Source of the DNA: a virus
Taxonomy: Duplodnaviria; Caudoviricetes
IMG/VR virus record: IMGVR_UViG_3300028197_001183
Span: 27,220 to 91,219 of that record
Strand: one strand, 5' to 3'
Length of the DNA: 64,000 nucleotides
The notes beneath the pieces were generated by a model that worked only from the letters and a program-made list of their open reading frames with translations, was not told the DNA's origin and ran no database searches. Shown here in pieces: positions 1-8,033 of this stretch (positions within the stretch are counted from its first letter, which is position 1; each line of letters begins with the position of its first letter). The position numbers and the translations under genes were made by a program.

Positions 1-676
1 CCTTCTCTGCGTCATGCCAGAGTTTGTAAAACATATTCATCCCCTTGGGCGTGGAGATGATGATTACTTTGGTAGATTTACCAGAACTAATAGTAGGATA
101 CACAGAGCTGAAAAACTCGTCAGCAATATGCGTTGGTATAAAGGCGAATTCATCCAGAAATATGATGTTAAAAGACATACCACGGACGGCAGAAGCTGAA
201 GTAGAAGCAGCCATAATCTTGCTTCCGTTTTCCAATTCGAGACTGCCCCTGTTCCAGTTGACAACTCCTTGTTGGAGCCAGTTTGGGAGGTTTTCATAGG
301 ATAGTTGCAAGCGTTGTAACATTTCTCGTGCCGTTGCTGCCTTGTTAGCAAGGATTGCAACGTTAACATTATCATTAAAAATAATATACCACAGCAAATA
401 TGCAGTAACAACAGTTGACTTACCTGACTGTCGTGGCAGTTTTGCTATATTAAATCTATTTGCATGGAATCTTTCTACCATCGACTCTTGAAAGTCGTAT
501 AACTCAAATGGAATCAGACCACGATCCAGCGAGATGATTTGGATATAGTTTTTAATAAAGTAGACAGGATCTTTAGAGCACTTGATAAACTCTTTCACCT
601 GATCATCGGTGAAACTTTGTGCTACGTTAGCTCTTTTTAGGTTGGGATTACCTAGATAGATTTCATTTTGACTCAT
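1..676 (-). CDS. g17: Terminase large subunit gp17, 5' part (runs off the window edge)
   Basis: Hand translation from ATG at 676: MSQNEIYLGNPNLKRAN...KCSKDPVYF...LPRQSGKST (Walker A)...IIFLDEFAF (Walker B)...VIIISTPKG. Not in the ORF track because it has no stop in the window. Confidence 0.97.
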   Translation of the reverse strand, partial: MSQNEIYLGNPNLKRANVAQSFTDDQVKEFIKCSKDPVYFIKNYIQIISLDRGLIPFELYDFQESMVERFHANRFNIAKLPRQSGKSTVVTAYLLWYIIFNDNVNVAILANKAATAREMLQRLQLSYENLPNWLQQGVVNWNRGSLELENGSKIMAASTSASAVRGMSFNIIFLDEFAFIPTHIADEFFSSVYPTISSGKSTKVIIISTPKGMNMFYKLWHDAEK

Positions 677-1271
677 GTGGAAATGGTCTCCTGTTTTTTT
701 CTTGTCCTTTTGCGTGTGCTTCTACAACCTCTTCCTGTCCAGGACAGAATTGAAAGACTGCGCTATACCTAGCAGCATATGGACAATGCTTTGTTGGTGC
801 TCTGCCCCCATGGGGGACTAATCCTGGGAATATTACAATCCTTCCTGGTTTAGGAATGACTGTATCTGTGATTCGGTCGCCCATCATGAAGATAGTTTCA
901 CCGCCCCATTCAGGTATCCATGCCCTGTTAGTGTAGACAAGGAAACTTAATGCGTCTATTTCTTCCCCATCACAGTGGATAGCAGGACTATCACCAAAAC
1001 GGAAAGCATTATAAACGACTCTGTGAAATGCAGGAATGGGTATCCCAGCGCGAAGAAATGCATGGTTTATACAAAAGAAATCAAACTCCCCATAGTTGGG
1101 GTAGTCGATTGCTCTACCTAGTGAATAAGTGGAAAGGTTATCGTCTGGACTATCATCAAAGATGAGTTGCCATCCGTCAAAGTTGGTGAAGTATGTATCC
1201 ATATAAAGGATCTCTTCATCTGTGAAGAGATCATCAATGACCATCACCTGATCATATTTAACAATATCCAT
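663..1271 (-). CDS. 2OG-Fe(II) oxygenase superfamily protein
   Basis: HxD (HCD) plus distal His (VPHGG) and Arg (ARYS); WGGET and PKPGRIVIFPG motifs typical of cyanophage 2OG-Fe(II) oxygenases. Confidence 0.9.
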   Translation of the reverse strand: MDIVKYDQVMVIDDLFTDEEILYMDTYFTNFDGWQLIFDDSPDDNLSTYSLGRAIDYPNYGEFDFFCINHAFLRAGIPIPAFHRVVYNAFRFGDSPAIHCDGEEIDALSFLVYTNRAWIPEWGGETIFMMGDRITDTVIPKPGRIVIFPGLVPHGGRAPTKHCPYAARYSAVFQFCPGQEEVVEAHAKGQEKNRRPFPHESK

Positions 1272-1732
1272 TATTCAACTAACGTACCGTGCGCCCTCCG
1301 TATCTCTTTTAGTGCTTCGAGATTCATATCCTTAGTGCCACCATCATATGCGTGAGCATATCCTTCAGTAATCATTTGCTCGTTAAGGGACACATTGTCG
1401 TCCCCAATGTAAAGCCAACCCAGAAGACGCCCGTATTTCCCAGTGCCACCAACAAGTTCAGTCCTAACAGACAACTCATCATCACCAGCCAACGTGCCTT
1501 CGAGTTTTTCTTTGAGCCAGTTGGTTGCGTCGATTCCAAGTGCTTTCTCCTCTAGGTTCCTCGTCCTTTTCTCTGGCGTATCAACTCCAGCAACTCTAAC
1601 TCTTTCTTTCTTGTATAGATCAAACCCGAGGTCAATAGTGACATCGATAGTATCGCCATCAAGAACACGATTGATCTCCGTCACTCGGAAGTTGTAACAA
1701 CTTTTCCTGCTTGGGGGCGTCAGTCCTGCCAT
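1271..1732 (-). CDS. Thermonuclease (staphylococcal nuclease-like) family protein
   Basis: RVLDGDTIDV, RVRVAGVDTPE and GKYGRLLG motifs; ATG at 1732 (MAGLTPP) is a more likely start than the track's 1747. Confidence 0.88.
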   Translation of the reverse strand: MAGLTPPSRKSCYNFRVTEINRVLDGDTIDVTIDLGFDLYKKERVRVAGVDTPEKRTRNLEEKALGIDATNWLKEKLEGTLAGDDELSVRTELVGGTGKYGRLLGWLYIGDDNVSLNEQMITEGYAHAYDGGTKDMNLEALKEIRRAHGTLVE

Positions 1733-1868
1733 TTTCCAACTCTGCAAATGCTATTCTTAATATGTATATAACATAACCCAATGCTAATCCAACAGCAATA
1801 ATTACTAGAATAATTACTGACCATACAGGATAACCTGGGATATCAAGAGGACGCAATAATAAATTCAT
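1659..1868 (-). CDS. Small single-pass membrane protein
   Basis: 69 aa with hydrophobic stretch VWSVIILVIIAVGLALGYVIYILRIAF; overlaps the nuclease start. Confidence 0.6.
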   Translation of the reverse strand: MNLLLRPLDIPGYPVWSVIILVIIAVGLALGYVIYILRIAFAELENGRTDAPKQEKLLQLPSDGDQSCS

Positions 1869-1907
1869 TTCTTAAGATTGTGAAGCGAATAATACTCGCT
1901 AATGGCT

Positions 1908-2054
1908 TCATCGATAGTCTGTGCGATCTCCATATTCTTCTTCCCTTTCATCAACATCTGCATATGCATTAGTCTTAGCATCTACAGAGGACATCTTCAG
2001 TATAATGAATATGATTGCCACAGGGGCTAAACATAATAGAAATTTTACATTCAT
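1908..2054 (-). CDS. Small hypothetical membrane protein (48 aa)
   Basis: Hand translation MNVKFLLCLAPVAIIFIILKMSSVDAKTNAYADVDEREEEYGDRTDYR*; ATGA overlap with the upstream ORF stop. Confidence 0.6.
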   Translation of the reverse strand: MNVKFLLCLAPVAIIFIILKMSSVDAKTNAYADVDEREEEYGDRTDYR

Positions 2055-2269
2055 TCATCAACATCCATATAGCGAAATTTGTAGTCCAATACTCCTTTAT
2101 ACAACTCATCTCTAAGTATGCGTAAGTGCTCCTGCTCCTCATAGGGACGAGCAGGAGCACCTGGCCACAACCTTATCGTTTCACACACACAGTGATAAAG
2201 TAAATATATGTCTTCAATATTCCATTCATAACCAAATTTACCTTCGTCATCCTTCGGATCGAATTCCAT
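2051..2269 (-). CDS. Hypothetical cyanophage protein
   Basis: 72-aa ORF in a tightly coupled array (WPGAPARPYEEQEHL). Confidence 0.75.
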   Translation of the reverse strand: MEFDPKDDEGKFGYEWNIEDIYLLYHCVCETIRLWPGAPARPYEEQEHLRILRDELYKGVLDYKFRYMDVDE

Positions 2270-2429
2270 GTTTTTTAGTGAATGGTTCCCAATGACTCCA
2301 TTGGTATTCGTGGACTGCCCACATTCCTATAATAGGGACAAAGACTAGCGTCCATGATAGGATGGCAATAGTCCACCAAGTATTTAGTAACCATGCAGAG
2401 AATTGCCCTGCAGTGTGGAAAAAAGTCAT
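2247..2429 (-). CDS. Small membrane protein, hypothetical
   Basis: 60 aa, hydrophobic core WWTIAILSWTLVFVPIIGMWAVH; overlaps both neighbours. Confidence 0.7.
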   Translation of the reverse strand: MTFFHTAGQFSAWLLNTWWTIAILSWTLVFVPIIGMWAVHEYQWSHWEPFTKKHGIRSEG

Positions 2430-2626
2430 AGAAAATACTTTGATAGAACGTCTATACGCTCTTGCTCGTGAGCAATAACGTCTAATTGATCTTGAATAGC
2501 AGCGAGCACATCAGGGTGCTCACCAATACCTACTGGATTCTTAAGGTAGATCTCACAATTGAGTCGTGCCTTTTCGATGTTACCTTCAGCATCAACGCGA
2601 AGTGCTTTAAGAATTTCGTTTCTCAT
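2426..2626 (-). CDS. Hypothetical cyanophage protein
   Basis: 66 aa with IYLKNPVGIGEHPD motif, recalled from T4-like marine phages. Confidence 0.8.
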   Translation of the reverse strand: MRNEILKALRVDAEGNIEKARLNCEIYLKNPVGIGEHPDVLAAIQDQLDVIAHEQERIDVLSKYFL

Positions 2627-2635
2627 AATTAATTT

Positions 2636-2728
2636 TTAATGATAGGCATTTTCTAGTCCCCATGTAACAGAATACACTACTACCGAGATAATTGCAATTG
2701 CTTGTACCGCTAACCCCATTTTTTCCAT
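2636..2728 (-). CDS. Very small membrane peptide (30 aa)
   Basis: MEKMGLAVQAIAIISVVVYSVTWGLENAYH*; fills the gap between two coupled ORFs. Confidence 0.5.
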   Translation of the reverse strand: MEKMGLAVQAIAIISVVVYSVTWGLENAYH

Positions 2729-2859
2729 GGATCCTCGTTATGTAGGCAAGAATTTGGATGTACCCACCCTTTATTTAATTCTTTTAGATCTTCACGGAGC
2801 CTTTTATTTTCGAGTTTCAACATATAAATCTGTTGCTTTAACTTTTCAATTGGGGTCAT
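2710..2859 (-). CDS. Small coiled-coil hypothetical protein
   Basis: MTPIEKLKQQIYMLKLENKRLREDLKEL...; ATG at 2859 preferred over the track start. Confidence 0.65.
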   Translation of the reverse strand: MTPIEKLKQQIYMLKLENKRLREDLKELNKGWVHPNSCLHNEDPWKKWG

Positions 2860-3061
2860 ACCTTTTTTTCCAAATCTCCAAGAAATACCTATCAACTTGA
2901 TACAAGTCAGATTGGTGTGGTGGTAATCTATCTAGGTCTTTAGACCATAACTCACATATAGATTTCATTTCTGGATTGATGCCATTTGGTCGAAACATTC
3001 TACCAAAGGATGACATAGCAAACGCATACCTCATCCTAATGCGTTGATCGGTTAGGGGCAT
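2846..3061 (-). CDS. Hypothetical cyanophage protein
   Basis: 71 aa, RMRYAFAMSSFGRMF...VDRYFLEIWK; overlaps neighbours. Confidence 0.75.
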   Translation of the reverse strand: MPLTDQRIRMRYAFAMSSFGRMFRPNGINPEMKSICELWSKDLDRLPPHQSDLYQVDRYFLEIWKKRYDPN

Positions 3062-3528
3062 GGTGCTAATGATCGAAAGATTTTAGAGCACGTATCAACA
3101 GCAACTCTTGATCCATACACATTAGAGAAGATATATGCTATGCCTAACTTGGAGCAATACAATTCTAACTCTTTACATGATGTGACATCAGCACTACTGA
3201 AATCAATGAGCACATCTCCCTCATCTAGTAGTGGCAACAACTCATCAAGTGTATGCTCTACTGATTCAGGTGGGACAACCAGCATAAAGATACCAGATTC
3301 AGTGAAAGGGACGGTCTCTCCTGACTTAATTCCATAGATTAGTTTTGTCTTAATCTGGGAAACTAGAAGTGGAATACTGGTGGTGCATCCACTAATGTAT
3401 CCAGAATCATACTGCTCGCTTGACATGTCATAATTTCTTTGGTAAGAAAACACATCAATATTATCTGACATCATACGGCGAGCAATGCTCTCGCCCATAC
3501 GACCCAGAGTAATCATCCCAACTTTCAT
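3052..3528 (-). CDS. Truncated, degenerate 6-phosphogluconate dehydrogenase-like protein (NAD(P)-binding domain only)
   Basis: MKVGMITLGRMGESIARRM...GIFMLVVPPESVEHTLDELLPLLDEGDVLIDF resembles the Gnd N-terminal Rossmann domain; only 158 aa, with no catalytic C-terminal domain. Confidence 0.8.
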   Translation of the reverse strand: MKVGMITLGRMGESIARRMMSDNIDVFSYQRNYDMSSEQYDSGYISGCTTSIPLLVSQIKTKLIYGIKSGETVPFTESGIFMLVVPPESVEHTLDELLPLLDEGDVLIDFSSADVTSCKELELYCSKLGIAYIFSNVYGSRVAVDTCSKIFRSLAPCP

Positions 3529-3532
3529 AATG

Positions 3533-4189
3533 TTAAACTGTGGAGTTTGCAGATTCCCAATCCTTCTGGAATTGATCAAGTCCCTCACGAGTCAAGACGT
3601 GATCATACATCTTCCAGAAGATCTTAGGTGGCATAGTAACGGTACTAGCCCCATAAGTATAGCACCTTGAGACGTGATGCACATCCCTCAGGGACGCTGC
3701 AAGGATCTCAGTGGGCATCTGTTGCACACTAAATGCATTAGCAATTGCACGGACCAACTCAATGCCACTGAATGAGTTATCATTACAACGACCAATGAAA
3801 GGAGACACGTATGCTGCTCCTGCCTTCGCTGATATCAACGCCTGCGCCACTGAGAAGATCAAAGTGACATTAACCTTAACACCTTGCTCTGAGAGGATCT
3901 TACATGCCTTCAGTCCCTCAACAGTGCATGGGACTTTAATTGTAATTGCTTTGCCTAATAGAGCGTAGTGGACCGCTTGCTTAATCATTTCGTCAGCTGT
4001 CTCGGCAACCACCTCCGTGGAGACGCTAATTAGGTTTGGACATTCTTTCAGTAGTCTTGATGCTACATTATAAAGAGTATCACCCGATCTCAAAATTAGT
4101 GTCGGGTTTGTTGTAACGCCATCGATTAAACCTGTGCTATATGCCTTCTGAATTTCAGAGACATCCGCAGTATCTAGAAATATTTTCAT
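3533..4189 (-). CDS. talC: Transaldolase (TalC/FSA family), auxiliary metabolic gene
   Basis: MKIFLDTAD, GVTTNPTLI, Schiff-base Lys in TIKVP, NVTLIFSVAQA, YVSPFIGR, ILAASLR. Confidence 0.97.
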   Translation of the reverse strand: MKIFLDTADVSEIQKAYSTGLIDGVTTNPTLILRSGDTLYNVASRLLKECPNLISVSTEVVAETADEMIKQAVHYALLGKAITIKVPCTVEGLKACKILSEQGVKVNVTLIFSVAQALISAKAGAAYVSPFIGRCNDNSFSGIELVRAIANAFSVQQMPTEILAASLRDVHHVSRCYTYGASTVTMPPKIFWKMYDHVLTREGLDQFQKDWESANSTV

Positions 4190-4239
4190 AATTTAATTAG
4201 ACTGTAGCTATGTAGGGGGTTTATGCTACTCCAACATAT

Positions 4240-4527
4240 TCAAATATCAAGTTTTCCTAACTCCTCTAATGCATCCTTTCTTGCCTTAAAAGCACCGTCA
4301 ATAAAACCAGCACGATATTCCCAAGTCTGTCCACCATCTTTCCCTTTCATAGGATTGATGCAGGTGGCGTCTCCATTCTTATTGCAGACAAGACCAGCAA
4401 GATCTAATTCACTTTTAGCATATGATGATGCTGTGCCTCGGAACACATGCGTACCATTAATCCAAGTAGCACCACATTTAGGACATTCCTTTCTCTCTAG
4501 TTTGAGATCAGACAGTTCTTTAGTCAT
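4240..4527 (-). CDS. Hypothetical protein with CxxC and two further Cys (possible Zn binding)
   Basis: 95 aa: ECPKCGATWINGTH...DLAGLVCN...CINP. Confidence 0.75.
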   Translation of the reverse strand: MTKELSDLKLERKECPKCGATWINGTHVFRGTASSYAKSELDLAGLVCNKNGDATCINPMKGKDGGQTWEYRAGFIDGAFKARKDALEELGKLDI

Positions 4528-4530
4528 GAT

Positions 4531-4800
4531 TTAGCAATTCCAAGCTCTTAAAGATTTATTTATTCTACTATCTGGATCAGATGCTGTCTTCTTAGATGTG
4601 AGTTTCCTCTTCATCCCCGACATCCTCGCGCAAAAACTCGCTCTACGAGGGTTCCCAGTTTTCTTTGAAGGTCTTTTAAGATCGCTTCCTGGGTTTTCAC
4701 GCTCATACGACTTTCTACCTTTTTCATTCAGTCCACCTTCACTATTTTTACCTGACTTTTTCTGCCAGTCTTCAGTAATAAATTCATCGAAGGATTTCAT
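4531..4800 (-). CDS. Small basic protein with T4-type capsid-targeting N-terminus (putative internal head protein; DUF6321-like)
   Basis: MKSFDEFITE then a K/R-rich body (GKNSEGGLNEKGRKSY...RRASFCARMSG...SRINKSLRAWNC). Confidence 0.8.
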   Translation of the reverse strand: MKSFDEFITEDWQKKSGKNSEGGLNEKGRKSYERENPGSDLKRPSKKTGNPRRASFCARMSGMKRKLTSKKTASDPDSRINKSLRAWNC

Positions 4801-4922
4801 TCTTCTTTATTGTTAGGGTTGTTAGCACAATTCTTCTCATGCTTATCCATCCACGTCTTGGGACGTTGGTGTCCAATGGGCACTGTGATGCCACAGTATT
4901 GACACTTCTTAGTTTCAGCCAT
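4797..4922 (-). CDS. Small zinc-finger-like protein (C-x2-C...H-x3-C)
   Basis: MAETKKCQYCG...WMDKHEKNCANNP; AAGGAG RBS upstream of ATG 4922. Confidence 0.7.
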   Translation of the reverse strand: MAETKKCQYCGITVPIGHQRPKTWMDKHEKNCANNPNNKEE

Positions 4923-6990
4923 AATGATACGCTCCTTTAGTAGTTTTCTTAGGTAGTTTACCACTTCTAGCTTTGGTGCCAGAAGTTTCACCATACCCTT
5001 CAGGATGTTTGCCTGCTTTGGTCTTACCAATAGAATCAGACTTTGCTTTGCTACCCTTCTCAGTATAGTGAAGTTTAGCAGACTTGTCCTTGTCCTTGGT
5101 GATCACGGATTCTTGCCCGTGCTTGCGTCCCATGCGACGCATAACTTTACCGAATCTGCGCTTACTCATCTTATCAGGTTTTGATGTCTGATAGGAAACC
5201 TCTCGACCAGTTTCTCCACTGTCATACTTGTATTCGCCCACGCCTTTCTTGTGACCGATACCATGCTTCTTCATATCCTTTTCGAGACCTTTACGTCCAT
5301 CACGGTTCTTTTTTTCGTCAGACCCCCTGTCAGCACTGATGTGTCCAGTAACCTGAGTCTTTGACTTTTGCATCATACGACCAGTACGATTACCTTCTGC
5401 AAGGAATGCACCGAATGAAAGTGTAGACACTTCCTCACGCTTGATACCACCGATCTTATCGAGTGCTTTACCGATTGCTTTACCGATCTTGTCGCGCTTA
5501 CGCTCTTTGGGTTTGATATTAGCACCCAACTTATTCAATCTGCTAGTAGCAGTGCCAGACTTTGCTGCCTTCTGACGTTTGGAATAGTCCATGTAGGACT
5601 CACCAGATTTCAGTTTCTTAGGATCTGCTTTAGGTTTTGCTGCATCAGCACGATCTTCACGAGCACGAGCATTAGCACCAGGACCACCCAGTTTCTTATC
5701 CTTCTCAGGATCTGGATGCCACATGTCAGCACGCTCAGTGATAGACTCTTCACCCAGTTTGCGTGCTACGTTACGAGCACCACGGGAAAGGGATCTTGCA
5801 CCAGCACCAACTGCTTTCTTGATACCACGCTTCAGTTTGCTACCAATTCTGCTGAGTAGACCAGGCTTCTTAGGACCTGAATCACTACTGCTAGAAGAGG
5901 AGTCACTGCTACTGCTAGAAGAGGAGTCACTACTTGAATCGCTAGAAGAAGAGGACGATTGGGTGGAGTTATAACCACTCTTAGCGGCACTACCCATGTC
6001 TTTCGCGAGATTTTTCGCGTGTCCTGCTGCCTTACCAGCAACTGCAGCACCCTTAACAGCACCCTTACGTGCCAGTTTAGCGCCAGTCTTAAGACCAGAC
6101 TTCAGTGCAGACCCAATTTTCTTAGCGGCACTCTTAACTTTAGAAAGTTTATCGGATCTTGATGAAGAACCACTTCCGATACGACTCCTCGCTTCAGCAC
6201 CAGCATCCTTGCCAGCACTCTGACCTTCACCAGAAGCAGCAGATGCCTTATCCTTCAAGCGAAGAGCATTGACCTTAGCGGGACTGGTAACCTCAGTAAG
6301 TAAACTCAGTGAATAGTCAACAGACTCACAGAGCATATTTGAGACGCTATCAATATCTCTACCTTCTGCCATCTCCTCAACAAAGACTTCTGCCACGATC
6401 TCTTCAATAAGAGTATCGCTAAGGAGTGAGACCTCCCAATCATTCAATTCAGCAAAGATGTCAACTTGATTCCAGAGACTTTCTTTCTGTAGTTTAGCGG
6501 CTCTCTTTGCCTTAGTCTTAGCAAGGATACGTGCCTTTGCATCAGATGCATCTTGCTTAGAAATCATACTCACTGCGCCAACCTTCTTGTCAACGTCACC
6601 AGGAGCATAACCTTCTACTTCAAGAGTCTTAGGGTAATCCTTAGATCCTTTCTTAGCAGGTTTCTCACCACGCTTACGCTTGGCATGAATATTTGCCCAG
6701 AGACCTGGCTTATTTCCTTCATTTGCAATACCGTCCTTTGGCTCAATGAAAGGACCTTCCTCTTCCTTAATTGCTTTGTCACCATGCTTAGCACGGATGC
6801 TTGCCTTTACTTTCTCAAGTGCAGACATACCATCATACTTTTGCCCAGGCTTCTTACCGAATGTATTAGGTGCTCCAATAGGTGCTTTATTCCTACTACG
6901 AGCACCCATACCGCCACGCTCTAGTTGACGGTCTTTCATTTTATCGGATTCTTCCTCACTGAGGGAAGCGATGTCGGAAAAGGATTTCAT
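4915..6990 (-). CDS. Large Lys/Arg/Ser-rich low-complexity protein, putative processed internal head protein
   Basis: 691 aa; MKSFSDIASLSEE N-terminus; basic blocks separated by hydrophobic-x-E sites; poly-Ser linker; late-promoter-like TAAATA upstream. Confidence 0.8.
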   Translation of the reverse strand: MKSFSDIASLSEEESDKMKDRQLERGGMGARSRNKAPIGAPNTFGKKPGQKYDGMSALEKVKASIRAKHGDKAIKEEEGPFIEPKDGIANEGNKPGLWANIHAKRKRGEKPAKKGSKDYPKTLEVEGYAPGDVDKKVGAVSMISKQDASDAKARILAKTKAKRAAKLQKESLWNQVDIFAELNDWEVSLLSDTLIEEIVAEVFVEEMAEGRDIDSVSNMLCESVDYSLSLLTEVTSPAKVNALRLKDKASAASGEGQSAGKDAGAEARSRIGSGSSSRSDKLSKVKSAAKKIGSALKSGLKTGAKLARKGAVKGAAVAGKAAGHAKNLAKDMGSAAKSGYNSTQSSSSSSDSSSDSSSSSSSDSSSSSSDSGPKKPGLLSRIGSKLKRGIKKAVGAGARSLSRGARNVARKLGEESITERADMWHPDPEKDKKLGGPGANARAREDRADAAKPKADPKKLKSGESYMDYSKRQKAAKSGTATSRLNKLGANIKPKERKRDKIGKAIGKALDKIGGIKREEVSTLSFGAFLAEGNRTGRMMQKSKTQVTGHISADRGSDEKKNRDGRKGLEKDMKKHGIGHKKGVGEYKYDSGETGREVSYQTSKPDKMSKRRFGKVMRRMGRKHGQESVITKDKDKSAKLHYTEKGSKAKSDSIGKTKAGKHPEGYGETSGTKARSGKLPKKTTKGAYHYG
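5885..5931. repeat. Tandem 23-bp direct repeat (period 24) encoding the poly-Ser linker
   Basis: ctactgctagaagaggagtcact at 5885-5907 and 5909-5931. Confidence 0.85.
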
Positions 6991-7017
6991 GTTCTTCTCT
7001 TTATTTAATTAGTGTGA

Positions 7018-7551
7018 TCAACCACCAACCACTTGGACTTGCTCGACTACAACGTCGGCTCCTCCAGCAGTGAGTTTAACTGCACGCTTAAGTGCGGGGA
7101 CAGTGCCTGCTGCAACCTTTGCAGTAGCCAGAGCATAGTCAGCACTTGCTGCACTACTGTCATAGTCAGTAGTGATTGTGGTATTAGAAACTGCAGTTAC
7201 TTTCTTACCACCAGATCCAGCAGCTACAAAATCACTTGTAAACGCTGCATCACTATTTGCTTCAGTTGCAATATAATCGCCAACGGCAAACTTATGTGCG
7301 GGGGTGCCACCACCAAGGACTGTGATAACAGCAGCTGCTGCATCAGTCATCGCGTTGATTTGTGCATTCTTTGCCTTACCGCAAGACAGGAGCAGTGCTT
7401 CACCTGCTGCAAGAGTTACGGCAGGACCAGCATCAATCTTGATTGTGGACGCTGACGCTGCATAGCAGCGGAGGACACCTGACTTCACCACAACGTAGCC
7501 AACGCCACTTGCAGAAATGGTTTGGGTGTCAATGACATTTAATACTGACAT
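7018..7551 (-). CDS. Probable virion structural protein (177 aa, Ala/Val/Thr-rich)
   Basis: Preceded by an ATAAATA late promoter and an AGGAG RBS; beta-rich composition. Confidence 0.75.
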   Translation of the reverse strand: MSVLNVIDTQTISASGVGYVVVKSGVLRCYAASASTIKIDAGPAVTLAAGEALLLSCGKAKNAQINAMTDAAAAVITVLGGGTPAHKFAVGDYIATEANSDAAFTSDFVAAGSGGKKVTAVSNTTITTDYDSSAASADYALATAKVAAGTVPALKRAVKLTAGGADVVVEQVQVVGG

Positions 7552-7574
7552 TGTTAATACGTACTCCTACGATT

Positions 7575-8033
7575 CTATTTATCGCGTTGTTGTTTTAGAA
7601 ACTTGGCGAGATCTGCTGTGCTACCTACAAACATGGTATTGTTTGTAGTGTTAACTTCTTTAGTAGATCCTTTTGGATTTTCGATATCGTTGACTTTCTT
7701 TTGAAGGTCTACGAGTTTATCCGCCACGTCGCCAACGTGCTTGATCAATTGACCAGCAACCTCAAACGCACGAGGTTGATCGGATTGTTGTGCTAACTCA
7801 AGAATTCCATCTACTGCTTCCTGACCTTTTTCGATCAGAGAGTATAAATTACCACGAGTATACTCATAGTCTTTCTTCAGTTGATCCCGCGTAGAGGTAG
7901 GATCCTCTACAGGCACAATAGGTTCGGGTTTTGTTTCAGGGACGATTTCGCTAGAGACATCGAGTGCTTCCTCAATGCCGTCATACTTACTCGTCTTGTC
8001 CTGTGACTGGGTTGTAATCTTTTGCATCGACAT
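7575..8033 (-). CDS. g16: Terminase small subunit gp16 (start uncertain: ATG 8033/8027 or ACG 7994)
   Basis: KKDYEYTRGNLYSLIEKGQEA...PRAFEVAGQLIKHVGDVADKLVDLQKK...MFVGSTADLAKFL; lies directly after g15. Confidence 0.92.
   Translation of the reverse strand: MSMQKITTQSQDKTSKYDGIEEALDVSSEIVPETKPEPIVPVEDPTSTRDQLKKDYEYTRGNLYSLIEKGQEAVDGILELAQQSDQPRAFEVAGQLIKHVGDVADKLVDLQKKVNDIENPKGSTKEVNTTNNTMFVGSTADLAKFLKQQRDK
7576..7582 (-). promoter_or_regulatory. T4-type late promoter (ATAAATA)
   Basis: GATAAATAG on the minus strand overlapping the g16 stop, about 25 nt upstream of ATG 7551. Confidence 0.7.

Noticed and set aside
64-411. 115-aa minus-strand ORF in the track
   Set aside because: It is an alternative frame inside g17, whose true frame carries clear Walker A/B motifs.
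4195-4235. Imperfect inverted repeat upstream of talC
   Set aside because: Pairing is weak and there is no U-tract, so it cannot be supported as a terminator or riboregulator.
5880-5960. Short direct repeats as a possible CRISPR or mini-array
   Set aside because: Two adjacent in-frame copies with no spacers that simply encode a poly-Ser linker.
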